The notes below the pieces were generated by a model. That model was not told where the DNA came from. It was given only the letters and a program-made list of their open reading frames with translations, and made no database searches. The translations under genes and the position numbers were made by a program. Source: a virus. Taken from it: a stretch of DNA of 64,000 nucleotides. The stretch spans positions 1-64,000 of the IMG/VR virus record IMGVR_UViG_3300032086_003797, one strand, 5' to 3'. Position 1 is the stretch's first letter. The number at the start of each line of letters is the position of its first letter. Positions 8,059-18,554 of the stretch are shown piece after piece.

Positions 8059-8625
8059 ATGGCTGCTGAAAATTTAGAAATACTAAGAGGTTTGGCACAA
8101 GCTGCCGCTGATTCATATGATGGAGCCCTAGACGAGGATGGTAATCCAATTGAGATGGGTCTCAAAAGAGAAGACAAAGATCAATACAAGAAACATACAT
8201 CTGATGGCTTCGGCGTTCGCTTCGCCCACAATAAAGTTATTATCTCTTATCACAGTGAGATGATGCTCAAAGAGGTACACCCTAGAGCACAGTTTCAAAA
8301 TGAAATAGAGCAACGTCTTGGAGATATTGTCAAGCGCCTTAAGAAGCGTTATCGTGAGATCACTAAGAATACCGTGTCACTGACAGCAGAGGGCGAAACT
8401 GATATTGATGTCCAGAATCTATCACGTCAACGAACTTTCGTTGTAGCTAAAAAGGTCTACAAGATTGGATCGATTAAAGAAACTAACTCTGTCAACGCAG
8501 AAGAAAATGAATATTCAGGGAAGAGCGTTGAGGATAACATCAAGACCTTCATGGATCAATTTAAAAACCCCAAGAAGGCTGAAAACAATAAGGCACCCGC
8601 TAATCCAGATACGCCGAGTGCATAA
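8059..8625 (+). CDS. Hypothetical protein
   Basis: AGGAG RBS; coupled to the terminase gene. Confidence 0.6.
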   Translation: MAAENLEILRGLAQAAADSYDGALDEDGNPIEMGLKREDKDQYKKHTSDGFGVRFAHNKVIISYHSEMMLKEVHPRAQFQNEIEQRLGDIVKRLKKRYREITKNTVSLTAEGETDIDVQNLSRQRTFVVAKKVYKIGSIKETNSVNAEENEYSGKSVEDNIKTFMDQFKNPKKAENNKAPANPDTPSA

Positions 8626-10196
8626 TGTCTCTCACCAAAAGTGAGGTAATGAAGGAAGTCATACGGTGTGGTAAAGACCCCGTATACTTCCTTTGCAATT
8701 ATGCCAAGATAACCGAGCCCATGAGGGGCTTGATACCCTTCGACTTATACCCATTTCAGAAGGATACTATTAAAGAGTTCCAAGAAAACCGCTTTAATAT
8801 TATTCTAAAAGCACGACAGTTGGGGTTATCTACATCTGTGGCAGGCTATGTCTGTTGGCTAATATTGTTTCACAGAAGCAAGAATGTTTTGGTTGTAGCA
8901 ACTAAATTGCAGAGTGCAACCAACTTGGTAAAAAAGATAAAACAAATACACAGGAACTTACCAGACTGGCTAAAGATCGCAGATATATCTATCAATAACA
9001 GAACATCGTTTGAATTGTCCAATGCATCACAAGTTAAGGCATCCTCGACTTCAGGTGATGCAGGTCGTTCTGAAGCATTGTCTTTGTTGGTGGTTGATGA
9101 AGCCGCCCACGTTGAGGGACTAGAAGAACTGTGGGCTGGCTTATATCCTACTCTATCAACTGGTGGTGCAGCCATCACTTTATCCACGCCTAACGGTGTT
9201 GGGAACTGGTTTCATAAAACATATATGGAAGCTGTCGAGGGCAAGAATGATTTCAACTTTATTAATCTTCCGTGGTCAACACACCCAGATAGAGACATGC
9301 AGTGGTTTGAAAAAGAAACCAGGAACATGTCTCCGAGAGAAATTGCGCAAGAGCTTGAGTGTAGCTTTAACGCCTCAGGCGAAACAGTCGTTTCTGGACC
9401 TTCGTTAGAGGAGATGTTTAACAAGTGTAGTGACCCATTACACAGGGCTGGCTTTGATAGGAACTACTGGATTTGGGAAGAACCACTTGATGGAGAAGAA
9501 TACCTATGTGTGGGCGACGTGGCTCGTGGCGATGGTAAAGATTACAGTACAGTTCAAGTTATAAAAACTAGCGACATGCAGCAGGTAGCAGAATACCAAG
9601 GTAAACTTACTGGGGATATGTTTGCGCCCTTGATAACCGAAATCGCAAACGAATACAATAAGGCTCTTTTGGTCATTGAGAACAACAAGGATTATGGTGT
9701 GCTTTCAAGGATCGAAGATCTAGAATACGATAACATTTACTATTCACTAAAATCAACTCACGACTATGTGGATCAGCTTACAGCGCAAGCGAATAGCGGT
9801 ATAGCAGGGTTTACAATGTCAATGAAGACTCGACCATTGGTAGTATCAAAGCTGGAAGAATTTGTAAGAAATAATATACTTACTATTAACTCCGTTAGGA
9901 CAGCCTCAGAGCTAAAGACATTTATTTGGCATAATGGTAAAGCACAAGCAATGCGTGGCTATAATGATGATTTGGTAATGGCATTAGCGATTGGTTGTTG
10001 GGTTAGGGATGTTGCGATGGCTGTAAACAAAAGGGATATAGAGTATAACAGAGCGATGCTATCAGGTATTAGTACTGCAAACAGGCAAATTAGTACTGCT
10101 ATCCCAGGAATGACTAATTATAAACAAAGAGTAAAATCTACACAAACTACCAATAATGGTATAAAATATGATATTGGCTGGATATATAAAGGATAG
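8625..10196 (+). CDS. Terminase large subunit (T4 gp17-like)
   Basis: KARQLGLST Walker A, VVDEAAH Walker B, STPNG, DVARGDGKDYS, DDLVMA nuclease motifs. Confidence 0.95.
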   Translation: MSLTKSEVMKEVIRCGKDPVYFLCNYAKITEPMRGLIPFDLYPFQKDTIKEFQENRFNIILKARQLGLSTSVAGYVCWLILFHRSKNVLVVATKLQSATNLVKKIKQIHRNLPDWLKIADISINNRTSFELSNASQVKASSTSGDAGRSEALSLLVVDEAAHVEGLEELWAGLYPTLSTGGAAITLSTPNGVGNWFHKTYMEAVEGKNDFNFINLPWSTHPDRDMQWFEKETRNMSPREIAQELECSFNASGETVVSGPSLEEMFNKCSDPLHRAGFDRNYWIWEEPLDGEEYLCVGDVARGDGKDYSTVQVIKTSDMQQVAEYQGKLTGDMFAPLITEIANEYNKALLVIENNKDYGVLSRIEDLEYDNIYYSLKSTHDYVDQLTAQANSGIAGFTMSMKTRPLVVSKLEEFVRNNILTINSVRTASELKTFIWHNGKAQAMRGYNDDLVMALAIGCWVRDVAMAVNKRDIEYNRAMLSGISTANRQISTAIPGMTNYKQRVKSTQTTNNGIKYDIGWIYKG

Positions 10197-10198
10197 AC

Positions 10199-12142
10199 AT
10201 GGCTGAAAATAATCCAAGAAATAGGCAATCGCCGCTTTTTAAACGTTTGACCCGACTCTTTAGTGGTCCAATCGTGACGTACAGGACTGGGCAGGTCAAG
10301 AAAAACCGTGCTCCAAATTATGAAAAATACACCTTCACCACATCGACAGGTAGGGAATTTAAGAAAAAGGAATATTACAATCCTTTTGAGGGTATTTACA
10401 GCAAGGTACTCAATTCTCAACAGCGAGACTTTAGGTATAATGATTTTGAGCAGATGGAGTACACTCCAGAGATTGCATCAACTTTAGATGTTTATGCAGA
10501 CGAGATAAGCACTTCATCAGATATTTCTCCCATCGTTCAAGTAGATTGCATGAACGAAGAAATAAAAATGATCATTAATACTCTGTTGTATAATGTTCTT
10601 AATGTAGAGTTCAATATGTTTGGTTGGGCTCGCAATCTATGCAAGTATGGCGATTATTATCTTTATCTTGATATAGATGATCAACTTGGTATTACAAATG
10701 TTATTCCACTGCCTGTTAAAGAGCTAGAGAGAATTGAAGGCACTGATCCAACCAATCCAAACTATGTTCAATACTTCTGGCCTGGTGCAGGTGCAGATGC
10801 TGTCACTTTCGAGAACTGGCAGGTTGCCCACTTTCGTGTTTTGGGTAATGATAAATACGTTCCTTATGGAACATCTGTTCTAGAGCCTGCACGCCGAATA
10901 TGGAGACAACTTAGCTTGCTTGAGGATGCTATGATCGCATACCGTGTTGTCCGCTCACCAGAGCGACGTGTATTTTATATTGATATTGGCAACATGCCTC
11001 CTAATGAGGTAGAGCAATATATTGAGTCGGTGAAGACTCAGATGAAGAGGGCACAGATTGTTGACGAAGACACAGGGCGTGTAGACTTACGCTATAATGC
11101 TATGAGCATTGATGAAGATTATTATATCCCAAGTCGTGGTGGTCAATCATCAAGAATCGAAACGCTACCAGGTGGTCAGTTCACTAGTGCTATTGAGGAT
11201 GTCCAATATCTTAGGGACAAGTTATTCTCTGCACTCAAGATCCCTAAGGCTTACCTAGCACAATCAGATAGCATGGAAGATAAGACCACGCTAGCACAGA
11301 AAGATATTCGATTTGCTAGAACCATACAAAGGCTCCAGAGAGTTATTATTTCTGAGCTAGAAAAAATGATTGTTGTTCACTTGTACACTCTTGGGTACCG
11401 AGGCGACGATCTAACATCATTTAAATTGTTCCTCAATAACCCATCTAGAATTGCTGAGTTGCAAGAGCTAGAACATATGAGAACTAAGTTTGACATTGCG
11501 GGTAACGCTACAGACAGTTATTTCTCTAGACGATGGGTATATAAAAACATTTTTAAACTAGATGACCATGAAATTGGTAGAGTCCAAGAAGAACAGTTCC
11601 AAGATGCTAAGCAAAAGGCTATAGTTGAAAAAGCTGCTGAATTGGCTGTCGGCGAGTATGAGGCTGCCGTTGGCGGCACAGCAGGAGAAACTGGTGATCT
11701 CGGTGGAGGCGACGACCTTGGCGGCGGAGACCTCGGAGGTGACCTTGGTGGTGATGACGCCGACACTGGTGATGACGCAGCAGCAGAAGAAGAAGAACCA
11801 GAAACTGGGGACCTTCTTTCAGAGCCAGGCATGAGGGATGATGGTTATCTAACTCCAGGCTCTAAAGGCAAGGTTTACTACCCTGTCAAAAATGCTGGGA
11901 AGGACAGAAGATCTAATAGCGGTCCCCGCAAAAGATCGTACAAGTCAAAGGCACGAGGGAAGGAAACAAATACTAAAAGAACTAACTTCCCAGGGGCACA
12001 AGGTTTAACTACTTTGGGCATCGGAGTAACTGAGAGACTAAATAAAGATGAGGTGTTGTTGAGCGAGAGCAAGAAGACAACTCTTGAAATAGATCGTTTA
12101 ATAAAGCAGATGGAGATCAAAGATGGCGACAAAAATCAATAA
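10199..12142 (+). CDS. Portal protein (T4 gp20-like)
   Basis: EDAMIAYRVVRSPERRVFYIDIGNMP; EDYYIPSR; IETLPGG. Confidence 0.95.
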   Translation: MAENNPRNRQSPLFKRLTRLFSGPIVTYRTGQVKKNRAPNYEKYTFTTSTGREFKKKEYYNPFEGIYSKVLNSQQRDFRYNDFEQMEYTPEIASTLDVYADEISTSSDISPIVQVDCMNEEIKMIINTLLYNVLNVEFNMFGWARNLCKYGDYYLYLDIDDQLGITNVIPLPVKELERIEGTDPTNPNYVQYFWPGAGADAVTFENWQVAHFRVLGNDKYVPYGTSVLEPARRIWRQLSLLEDAMIAYRVVRSPERRVFYIDIGNMPPNEVEQYIESVKTQMKRAQIVDEDTGRVDLRYNAMSIDEDYYIPSRGGQSSRIETLPGGQFTSAIEDVQYLRDKLFSALKIPKAYLAQSDSMEDKTTLAQKDIRFARTIQRLQRVIISELEKMIVVHLYTLGYRGDDLTSFKLFLNNPSRIAELQELEHMRTKFDIAGNATDSYFSRRWVYKNIFKLDDHEIGRVQEEQFQDAKQKAIVEKAAELAVGEYEAAVGGTAGETGDLGGGDDLGGGDLGGDLGGDDADTGDDAAAEEEEPETGDLLSEPGMRDDGYLTPGSKGKVYYPVKNAGKDRRSNSGPRKRSYKSKARGKETNTKRTNFPGAQGLTTLGIGVTERLNKDEVLLSESKKTTLEIDRLIKQMEIKDGDKNQ

Positions 12143-12950
12143 GAAAAGAAATACAGGGTTTGTGTTTGAGGCTTTGATCCGTGAAGCAACAAAAGCTATC
12201 TTAGCTAAGGACGAGCCTAAAAGAAACAAAGTTGTTAATACGATAAAAGAATCATTTGCTCCTGGTACTGAGCTAAGAAAAGAATTAGATTGCTTCAAGG
12301 CACTTTCCAGCAAAGAGGCTCTCGATAAGCCAACTGCTGAAAAGCTGGTATTTGAAGTTAAGAGGGATCGCACAAACATCGACACTACCAAACTTGTAAA
12401 AGAAAAAAATGCCTTGGTAGCTACAATAAACAAACATATTTCTAAAGACGTCTTTAATAACTTTGTACCCAACTATAAAGACTTATCTACGATAGCAAGA
12501 GTGTTCAGTATCAAAACACCAACTAAAGAGCGTGTTCTTATGGAGTCTGCCCTGGTAGACAGCCTCACGAAAGATCTTGTGGTCGAATCAAGAGATGGTT
12601 TTAAGCATATTGATTCACTAGTTGTAAAATCTTTTGTTAAGAATTTCAATGACCAGTATGATGATTTATTAAAAGAACAAAGAAGCCTATTGCAACTTTA
12701 TGTTACTTCTATCAATGATGGGCAGACATCCTTCAAATATTTTATTAATGAAGAACTTCACCGCATAAAGGAAGTTGTAGAAAAGTCTTTGTCTATGGAA
12801 GAGGTTACGCAGGATGAGCAAATGGTCGCTGGCACAAGAAAAGTTCTTTCTCTTATAGAGGGGATGCGTAACCTAGAAATAAATGGCGAATACCTTATGA
12901 AGCTTATGAAGCTACAAAAACTAGCGAGTGAATGTGAAAATGACGATTAA
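12123..12950 (+). CDS. Hypothetical helical protein (head module)
   Basis: Long ORF between portal and protease. Confidence 0.65.
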   Translation: MATKINKKRNTGFVFEALIREATKAILAKDEPKRNKVVNTIKESFAPGTELRKELDCFKALSSKEALDKPTAEKLVFEVKRDRTNIDTTKLVKEKNALVATINKHISKDVFNNFVPNYKDLSTIARVFSIKTPTKERVLMESALVDSLTKDLVVESRDGFKHIDSLVVKSFVKNFNDQYDDLLKEQRSLLQLYVTSINDGQTSFKYFINEELHRIKEVVEKSLSMEEVTQDEQMVAGTRKVLSLIEGMRNLEINGEYLMKLMKLQKLASECENDD

Positions 12951-13533
12951 AGTTAAGGTAAGTAATGCTCCAGCAGGAGAAGAGGATATAAAGGAAGAAC
13001 CAGAAATAAAGGTATCCTATAATCCTACAGCACCCGCCGAGCCAGACGCTGTGGTGTCCTTGAAGATGTCAAAGAGTGTTGATGGCAGCCTTGTCATAAA
13101 AGATCATGACTACTTTGATATTTTCCTAACACCAGAAAAAAACAAGATTGTTACCATCCCTAAAATGGGAATGGGTGAAGGTGTATACCAACACCAGAAA
13201 AGCTATCTTGATGCACTTATGCGACGAGGAGCTTTGGTAGCAAATTCGATAGAAGGCGGCATGGTGTATGGAACCCTCCAGTCTAGGCTCGGTGAAAGTG
13301 AAAAAGTTAGCCCTGTACAGGTGGTCCTTTTTGAGACAGAGCGATATATGAAGGAATACCGTGTAGAAAATCAATTGGCAAAAGAATACGAAGAAGCTGT
13401 TGAGGACAGGTTTGTTAATCCAACCGATGAAGACAGTACTGAATCTGGGGAAATAGATCCTGAAGAGGAACGTCGCAAGCACGATATTCAGACACCGTAC
13501 TACTCATATGCTGGCTACGGCTACATTTATTAG
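12940..13533 (+). CDS. Hypothetical protein
   Basis: ORF in the late operon; ATG at 12940. Confidence 0.6.
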   Translation: MTIKVKVSNAPAGEEDIKEEPEIKVSYNPTAPAEPDAVVSLKMSKSVDGSLVIKDHDYFDIFLTPEKNKIVTIPKMGMGEGVYQHQKSYLDALMRRGALVANSIEGGMVYGTLQSRLGESEKVSPVQVVLFETERYMKEYRVENQLAKEYEEAVEDRFVNPTDEDSTESGEIDPEEERRKHDIQTPYYSYAGYGYIY

Positions 13534-13541
13534 GGGGAGCG

Positions 13542-13886
13542 TTGCAGCTTTTATATTTTATTCTAGTCGCCTATGGGCTTACACAGATATTAGTTTATTC
13601 AACAATCTTCACAACCCTTCGACCTAAGCATCACTTTTTTCACTGTCCAATGTGCGTTGGCTTTTGGGTAGGAGCCTTCTTGGTTAGTATAAACGGATTC
13701 ACAGAACTATTTACATTTGATGTAACAGCAGTAAACGCATTTCTTATGGGGTGCGTATCTTCTGGTACTTCGTATGCGTTATGTATGCTGATATCAGATG
13801 GAGGATTTCAATATGAACACCGAACGAAAAGGGACGTGGACGCAAAAATGGATGTTAAGACCAGTAACCAATTGTTGCAGGGGTAG
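13542..13886 (+). CDS. Membrane protein, DUF1360-like
   Basis: CPMCVGFW motif with TM segments. Confidence 0.55.
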   Translation: MQLLYFILVAYGLTQILVYSTIFTTLRPKHHFFHCPMCVGFWVGAFLVSINGFTELFTFDVTAVNAFLMGCVSSGTSYALCMLISDGGFQYEHRTKRDVDAKMDVKTSNQLLQG

Positions 13887-13917
13887 TTGTACCGTGCGGG
13901 TAGCGCCCGCACTTTAA
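13813..13917 (+). CDS. Putative 34-aa Cys-containing peptide
   Basis: GGAGGA RBS; MNTERKGTWTQKWMLRPVTNCCRGSCTVRVAPAL. Confidence 0.4.
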   Translation: MNTERKGTWTQKWMLRPVTNCCRGSCTVRVAPAL

Positions 13918-13927
13918 GGAGAAAACG

Positions 13928-14524
13928 ATGACAAAGAAATACGTCTTACAAGAGTTTATGAATCTGGATTATAGCGATAGTCTTCTCACGGAAGAAGAGC
14001 GTGAGGGCAACAAGGATGGCACTCATCTTATCTTGGCAGGCAGAATTCAATCTGCTAATAAGCCAAATGGAAACATGAGGGTTTATTCGGAGAAACTCCT
14101 AAAAAGAGAGATGAAAAACTATGAAAAGTTGGTCCGTGAGCGCAGAGCAACTGGAGAATTGGACCACCCAGATCACTCAGTAGTGGAACTTAAGAATGTC
14201 AGCCACCTTGTTACTGATGTTTGGTGGGATGGTGACGATGTAATGGGTAAAATAAAGATCTTAGACACTCCCGCAGGTCAAATTGCCAAACAATTGGTCC
14301 AAGGTGGCGTTTGTTTGGGAATTTCAAGCCGTGGATTGGGTTCAACTCGCCAAGAAGGCAAATATACGATGGTAGAAGACGATTTTCAGCTTCTTTGCTT
14401 CGATTTAGTGTCTGAACCAAGCACAAGTGGCGCTTATATGGTGGCAGAAAGCAAAATTAAGACAAATTTAACCAAATCAGACCGAATTAACCGAGCATTG
14501 AACGATATTTTGGGGGATGAATGA
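13928..14524 (+). CDS. Prohead core protease (T4 gp21-like)
   Basis: GELDHP, GISSRGLGS, FDLVSEPS. Confidence 0.93.
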   Translation: MTKKYVLQEFMNLDYSDSLLTEEEREGNKDGTHLILAGRIQSANKPNGNMRVYSEKLLKREMKNYEKLVRERRATGELDHPDHSVVELKNVSHLVTDVWWDGDDVMGKIKILDTPAGQIAKQLVQGGVCLGISSRGLGSTRQEGKYTMVEDDFQLLCFDLVSEPSTSGAYMVAESKIKTNLTKSDRINRALNDILGDE

Positions 14525-14892
14525 AAAAATCGCAATTAAAAGAGCTTATTAAGGAATGTGTAAGAGAAGTAGTCTTTGAAGAGGGGGCTCTTACTAAAAT
14601 TGTGGCAGAAGTAGCCCAAGGATTCACTCAAGCAGCCCCAATTGTAGAACAGGCGCCTGCTAGACAAGTAGATCCTAAAATTAGGGAACGAATCATGCGA
14701 GAAGTGGGACCTAAGCCTGCACGGCAGCCTACAAAGGCTGAAGTCAGTCTTAAGGAGATGCCATTCTTTACAAATACAGAGCCACTAACCGAAAACAACA
14801 ACCCAGCGGGCGAAGCAGGTTTGGATATCAGCAATATCCCAGGCATGTCCCAATGGGGTAACGTATTATCTAAAATAGAGAAAGGTAGATAA
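14521..14892 (+). CDS. Head-associated protein with tag-like N-terminus
   Basis: MKKSQLKELIKECVREVVFEE. Confidence 0.65.
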   Translation: MKKSQLKELIKECVREVVFEEGALTKIVAEVAQGFTQAAPIVEQAPARQVDPKIRERIMREVGPKPARQPTKAEVSLKEMPFFTNTEPLTENNNPAGEAGLDISNIPGMSQWGNVLSKIEKGR

Positions 14893-15186
14893 ATGAGACA
14901 TCGACAAAGACGCCCACGCAAAATAAGTGGAAGAATAGAAATTTCTATAACAGACCATGGAGTTAAGAGCATTGATTCCATGGTTCGTAAGTTTAATAAG
15001 AAAGTTCGCAAAGAGGGGATCATTGAAGAGGTTAGAGAGCGTAAGCGTTTTACACCTAATAGTGTTAAGACTGCCGAGCGCAAACGAGCCAAGAGAAGGA
15101 TCGTACAGAAAATAAATCGGAAAAGAGAAGAGCTTTTTAACCCTAAAGGGAATACTTATGAAGTAAGGCGCAGGAGGAAGAAGTAA
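14893..15186 (+). CDS. rpsU: Ribosomal protein bS21 homologue
   Basis: SIDSMVRKFNKKVRKEGIIEEVRERKRFTPNSVK.AERKR matches the bS21 pattern. Confidence 0.8.
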   Translation: MRHRQRRPRKISGRIEISITDHGVKSIDSMVRKFNKKVRKEGIIEEVRERKRFTPNSVKTAERKRAKRRIVQKINRKREELFNPKGNTYEVRRRRKK

Positions 15187-15584
15187 TGGCTGACCAAAGA
15201 AGACCAGGCATAGGTAATGTAGGTTCATACCAAGTAGCAGGGCTACCTCACTTGACTGGGGCTCTGATGGAGCAAGGTGATCAACTACAGGTTAACTTCC
15301 CCTCAGTTACTAAAAACATTCAGATATTTGTAACTGGCTCCTCAGCAATCCGAGTAGCATTTGATGCTTTTACCGATGGTTCTGTAAATAGCTTCGGCAA
15401 CTTCCTCACCCTAGATCCGCTCGGCAACGCTGCAAGCGGTTCAGTTAGCTTAGATGTGAAGTGCAAAGAGATTCACTTTGCTTGCCCAAGTGCTCAATCA
15501 GGATTTCAGATGGTGTCATCACTTACAGGTATTGAACCTGCGATGATGTTTACCCTCTCGGGATCAGGCATTAACCTACCATAA
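15186..15584 (+). CDS. Hypothetical beta-rich protein (possible virion protein)
   Basis: Located in the head module; TAATG coupling. Confidence 0.6.
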   Translation: MADQRRPGIGNVGSYQVAGLPHLTGALMEQGDQLQVNFPSVTKNIQIFVTGSSAIRVAFDAFTDGSVNSFGNFLTLDPLGNAASGSVSLDVKCKEIHFACPSAQSGFQMVSSLTGIEPAMMFTLSGSGINLP

Positions 15585-15615
15585 ACATATAAAAATAGCG
15601 TTTACTGATTTAGCA

Positions 15616-15624
15616 ACTATTTAT
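15616..15624 (+). promoter_or_regulatory. Putative late promoter ACTATTTAT
   Basis: Upstream of scaffold and MCP. Confidence 0.65.
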
Positions 15625-15670
15625 TATTGATGCGCTTTCGCCGTGTCAAAATGTTTAATGGAGTAAAAAC

Positions 15671-16687
15671 ATGTCAAACCATATGTTAGAACAAGCTATT
15701 GTTGATGCAGAACAGCTAAGAGAAGCTGCCCTTAAGAGTGCTCAACAAGAAATAGTAGAGAAGTATTCAGAAGAAGTTAGGACCGCTGTGCAGCAGATCT
15801 TAGAAGAGCCCGAAGACATGGGTTTGGATATGGGTATGGAGCCAGAGGCTGAAGAAGAGTTTGCAGACGTAGAAATGTCACATATGGCAGATGATGATGC
15901 AATGATCGAAATACCGCTAGATCAACTAATCGCCCAAGCAGAGATGGAACCATCCGATGCAGATGATATGGTTGACAGAGAAGATCTGGATGTTGGTATA
16001 CCAGAGTTGGCAGACGAAGAAGAAGTTTCTACCGAGCCTGCTCCTGCCAACAGAAAAGATGATGAAGCAGAGGAACTAGACGAAGAGGTTGAGTTGAATG
16101 AAGAAGAGCTTCTTTCCACCCTCATGAATATAGTGAAGCAGGAATCTCTCGAAGTATCCGCCCCAGACTTCGCCATGGAAGAGATTACAAAAGATGAGCA
16201 AGAATCTGATGAGGAAGAAGCCGCAGAAATCAAAACGGCTGATAACTCCAGAGACGGGCAAGAAGAAGTTAAGGAAGAACTAGCTAAAAAGGATGCAGAG
16301 ATTCTAGACCTTAACGAATCAATTAACAAATTAAAGAATATATTAGCAGAGGCTAAAGAAGGGTTACAAAAACTTAATCTTTCAAATGCACGACTGCTTT
16401 ATACAAACAAGGTGCTTGGTGATACCTCCCTGAATGAGCGGCAAAAGAACAAAATTGCTGAAATGATCTCTGAGTCACGCACGGTTGATGAAGCGAAGAC
16501 GGTCTATGAGACCCTTCAAAAGACAATGGAGACGGGTCGTAAGGCTCCAAGCTCACAGTCATTGTCTGAGGCAGTTACAAGACGGTCATCTACAATAATC
16601 AGTTCTCGTAGAGAAGAAGTTTCGTCACCAAAACAAAATCCAGCGTTAAATCGTTGGGCGGTTTTAGCAGGTCTCAACAGAGACTAA
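15671..16687 (+). CDS. Prohead scaffolding protein (gp22-like)
   Basis: Acidic coiled coil directly upstream of MCP; C-terminal RWAVLAGL. Confidence 0.8.
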   Translation: MSNHMLEQAIVDAEQLREAALKSAQQEIVEKYSEEVRTAVQQILEEPEDMGLDMGMEPEAEEEFADVEMSHMADDDAMIEIPLDQLIAQAEMEPSDADDMVDREDLDVGIPELADEEEVSTEPAPANRKDDEAEELDEEVELNEEELLSTLMNIVKQESLEVSAPDFAMEEITKDEQESDEEEAAEIKTADNSRDGQEEVKEELAKKDAEILDLNESINKLKNILAEAKEGLQKLNLSNARLLYTNKVLGDTSLNERQKNKIAEMISESRTVDEAKTVYETLQKTMETGRKAPSSQSLSEAVTRRSSTIISSRREEVSSPKQNPALNRWAVLAGLNRD

Positions 16688-16711
16688 TTAACTTATTTAG
16701 GAGATAATAAA

Positions 16712-18523
16712 ATGAGCGTAATAGAAAAGCTTACAGAAGGCATTCGAGCACGTTCCTTAGCATCAGAAGGCGAAGCTCTTCTCACCAAGTGGGAAAAGAC
16801 TGGTCTTCTAGAAGGTCTAGCAGACGACACTGCCCGTAACGGCATGGCACGTTTGTTGGAGAACCAAGCTGCACAGCTACTTAAAGAAGCAAGCAGCATG
16901 GGCAACCAAGATGTTGAGGGATTTGCCGCAGTTGCATTCCCAATTGTACGTCGTGTATTCGGCGGGTTACTTGCACAGGACCTAGTTTCAGTGCAACCAA
17001 TGAGTCTACCAAGTGGTCTCATATTCTTCATGGACTTCGTATACAGCGGAGACCGTGGTGGTATCAGTGATAGCCAAGGCAAAGCAGCAGCAGGTGCTGT
17101 TGATGGCCAGTCCATCTACGGCGGTGGTCGTGTTGGTTCGGACCTCCGTCTAGGCGTTCAGCTTGCAGACGGTGCCACATCAGCAGGCGCTAACGACCCA
17201 TTGCTCGCAGAGCGTGGTCTTTATAACTTGAACAGTGGCTACTCAGCACCTACAGCATCACTCGCATCAGTCGATTGTGCCCTCATTGCTGTTGGTACCG
17301 CATCGAGTGATACCGTTGCAGCTACAGATATTGTATTCGTAGATTCCGCATACGGTTCCACCGCAGAGGACTTTAATAAGCTCCTCCGCTTTGATCCTGA
17401 TCTTTCAGGTTCGGTTGTTACAGTTTCATCGATTCTTGTCTCTGACTTGACTAACTTTGACACAAACAACCTCACAGCACTTGATCTTGCATTTGATCAT
17501 GGTACTCAGGTCCGACGCTTGACCCAGCTTGACCCACTAAGTGGTTCGACAGGTCTTATCGTCGTCGCTCGTACTACGGGTTCCGCAGATGGCGATGACG
17601 CTGCTGGCTTCCACGCCGAAGTTGACAGCATGGATCGTGGTGTTGCTGAAAACCGTGTTCCAGCCGCTACCTTTGCTGTCGTTGACAACATTGGTCAAGG
17701 CAGCGAAGCAGGTTCAGTCCTTGCTGCTAGCAGCGGATTGCCCTTTGAAAATGAAGCTGACATCCCAGAAATCGATCTTAAGATTGATTCCACGGCTGTT
17801 ACGGCTCAGACTCGTAAGCTCAAAGCCAAGTGGAGCCCAGAGCTTGCACAGGACTTGAATGCTTATCATAACCTCGACGCTGAAGTCGAGCTTACAAGTG
17901 TTCTTTCTGAGCACATTGGTTTGGAAATTGACCAAGAGATCCTTAAGGACCTCATCAACGGCGCAACTGCTGGTACTCGTTACTGGAGCCGCCGCCCAGG
18001 TCAATTCTTGAATCGTGAGACAGGCAAAGACATTACAACAAGTCTTGCCCCTGACTTTACAGGTACTGTTTCAGAATGGTATGAAACCCTCCTTGAGAAT
18101 ATCAATGATGTTTCATCTCTCATTCATCGTAAGACCCTCCGTGGTGGCGCTAACTTCATCGTTACATCACCAGAGGTTGCTGCTATTCTTGAGTTCACCA
18201 GTGGGTTCCGTGCGGACGTCGCTGGCGATTCAGAAGCTAACAGTGGTAACTGGGGTGCTTCCAAGGCTGGAACCATCAGTCGCAAGATGGACGTTATGGT
18301 AGATCCATACTTCCCACGCAACGTGGTTCTCGTTGGTCGCAAGGGCAATAGCTTCCTCGAAAGTGGCTATGTTTATGCTCCTTACGTCCCACTACAAGTC
18401 ACGCCTACCATCTTTGGTACCGAAGACTTCGTGCCCCGCAAGGGCGTGATGACTCGCTATGCTAAGAAGATGGTTCGCCCAGACATGTATGGTCTAGTTG
18501 TCTGCTTGCACCTAACTGACTGA
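16712..18523 (+). CDS. Major capsid protein (T4 gp23-like)
   Basis: LLENQ, VQPMSLPSGLIF, TRKLKAKWSPELAQDLNAYH, YAPYVPL, GVMTRYA. Confidence 0.97.
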   Translation: MSVIEKLTEGIRARSLASEGEALLTKWEKTGLLEGLADDTARNGMARLLENQAAQLLKEASSMGNQDVEGFAAVAFPIVRRVFGGLLAQDLVSVQPMSLPSGLIFFMDFVYSGDRGGISDSQGKAAAGAVDGQSIYGGGRVGSDLRLGVQLADGATSAGANDPLLAERGLYNLNSGYSAPTASLASVDCALIAVGTASSDTVAATDIVFVDSAYGSTAEDFNKLLRFDPDLSGSVVTVSSILVSDLTNFDTNNLTALDLAFDHGTQVRRLTQLDPLSGSTGLIVVARTTGSADGDDAAGFHAEVDSMDRGVAENRVPAATFAVVDNIGQGSEAGSVLAASSGLPFENEADIPEIDLKIDSTAVTAQTRKLKAKWSPELAQDLNAYHNLDAEVELTSVLSEHIGLEIDQEILKDLINGATAGTRYWSRRPGQFLNRETGKDITTSLAPDFTGTVSEWYETLLENINDVSSLIHRKTLRGGANFIVTSPEVAAILEFTSGFRADVAGDSEANSGNWGASKAGTISRKMDVMVDPYFPRNVVLVGRKGNSFLESGYVYAPYVPLQVTPTIFGTEDFVPRKGVMTRYAKKMVRPDMYGLVVCLHLTD

Positions 18524-18554
18524 TAGTCATTTAGTGCATAGCTAATACGGCATT

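Noticed and set aside
7651-8625. Terminase small subunit
   Set aside because: The position is suggestive, but there is no recognisable motif
11690-11760. GGC/GAC repeat as a DNA-level element
   Set aside because: It encodes the low-complexity Gly/Asp (GGDL) tail of the portal protein
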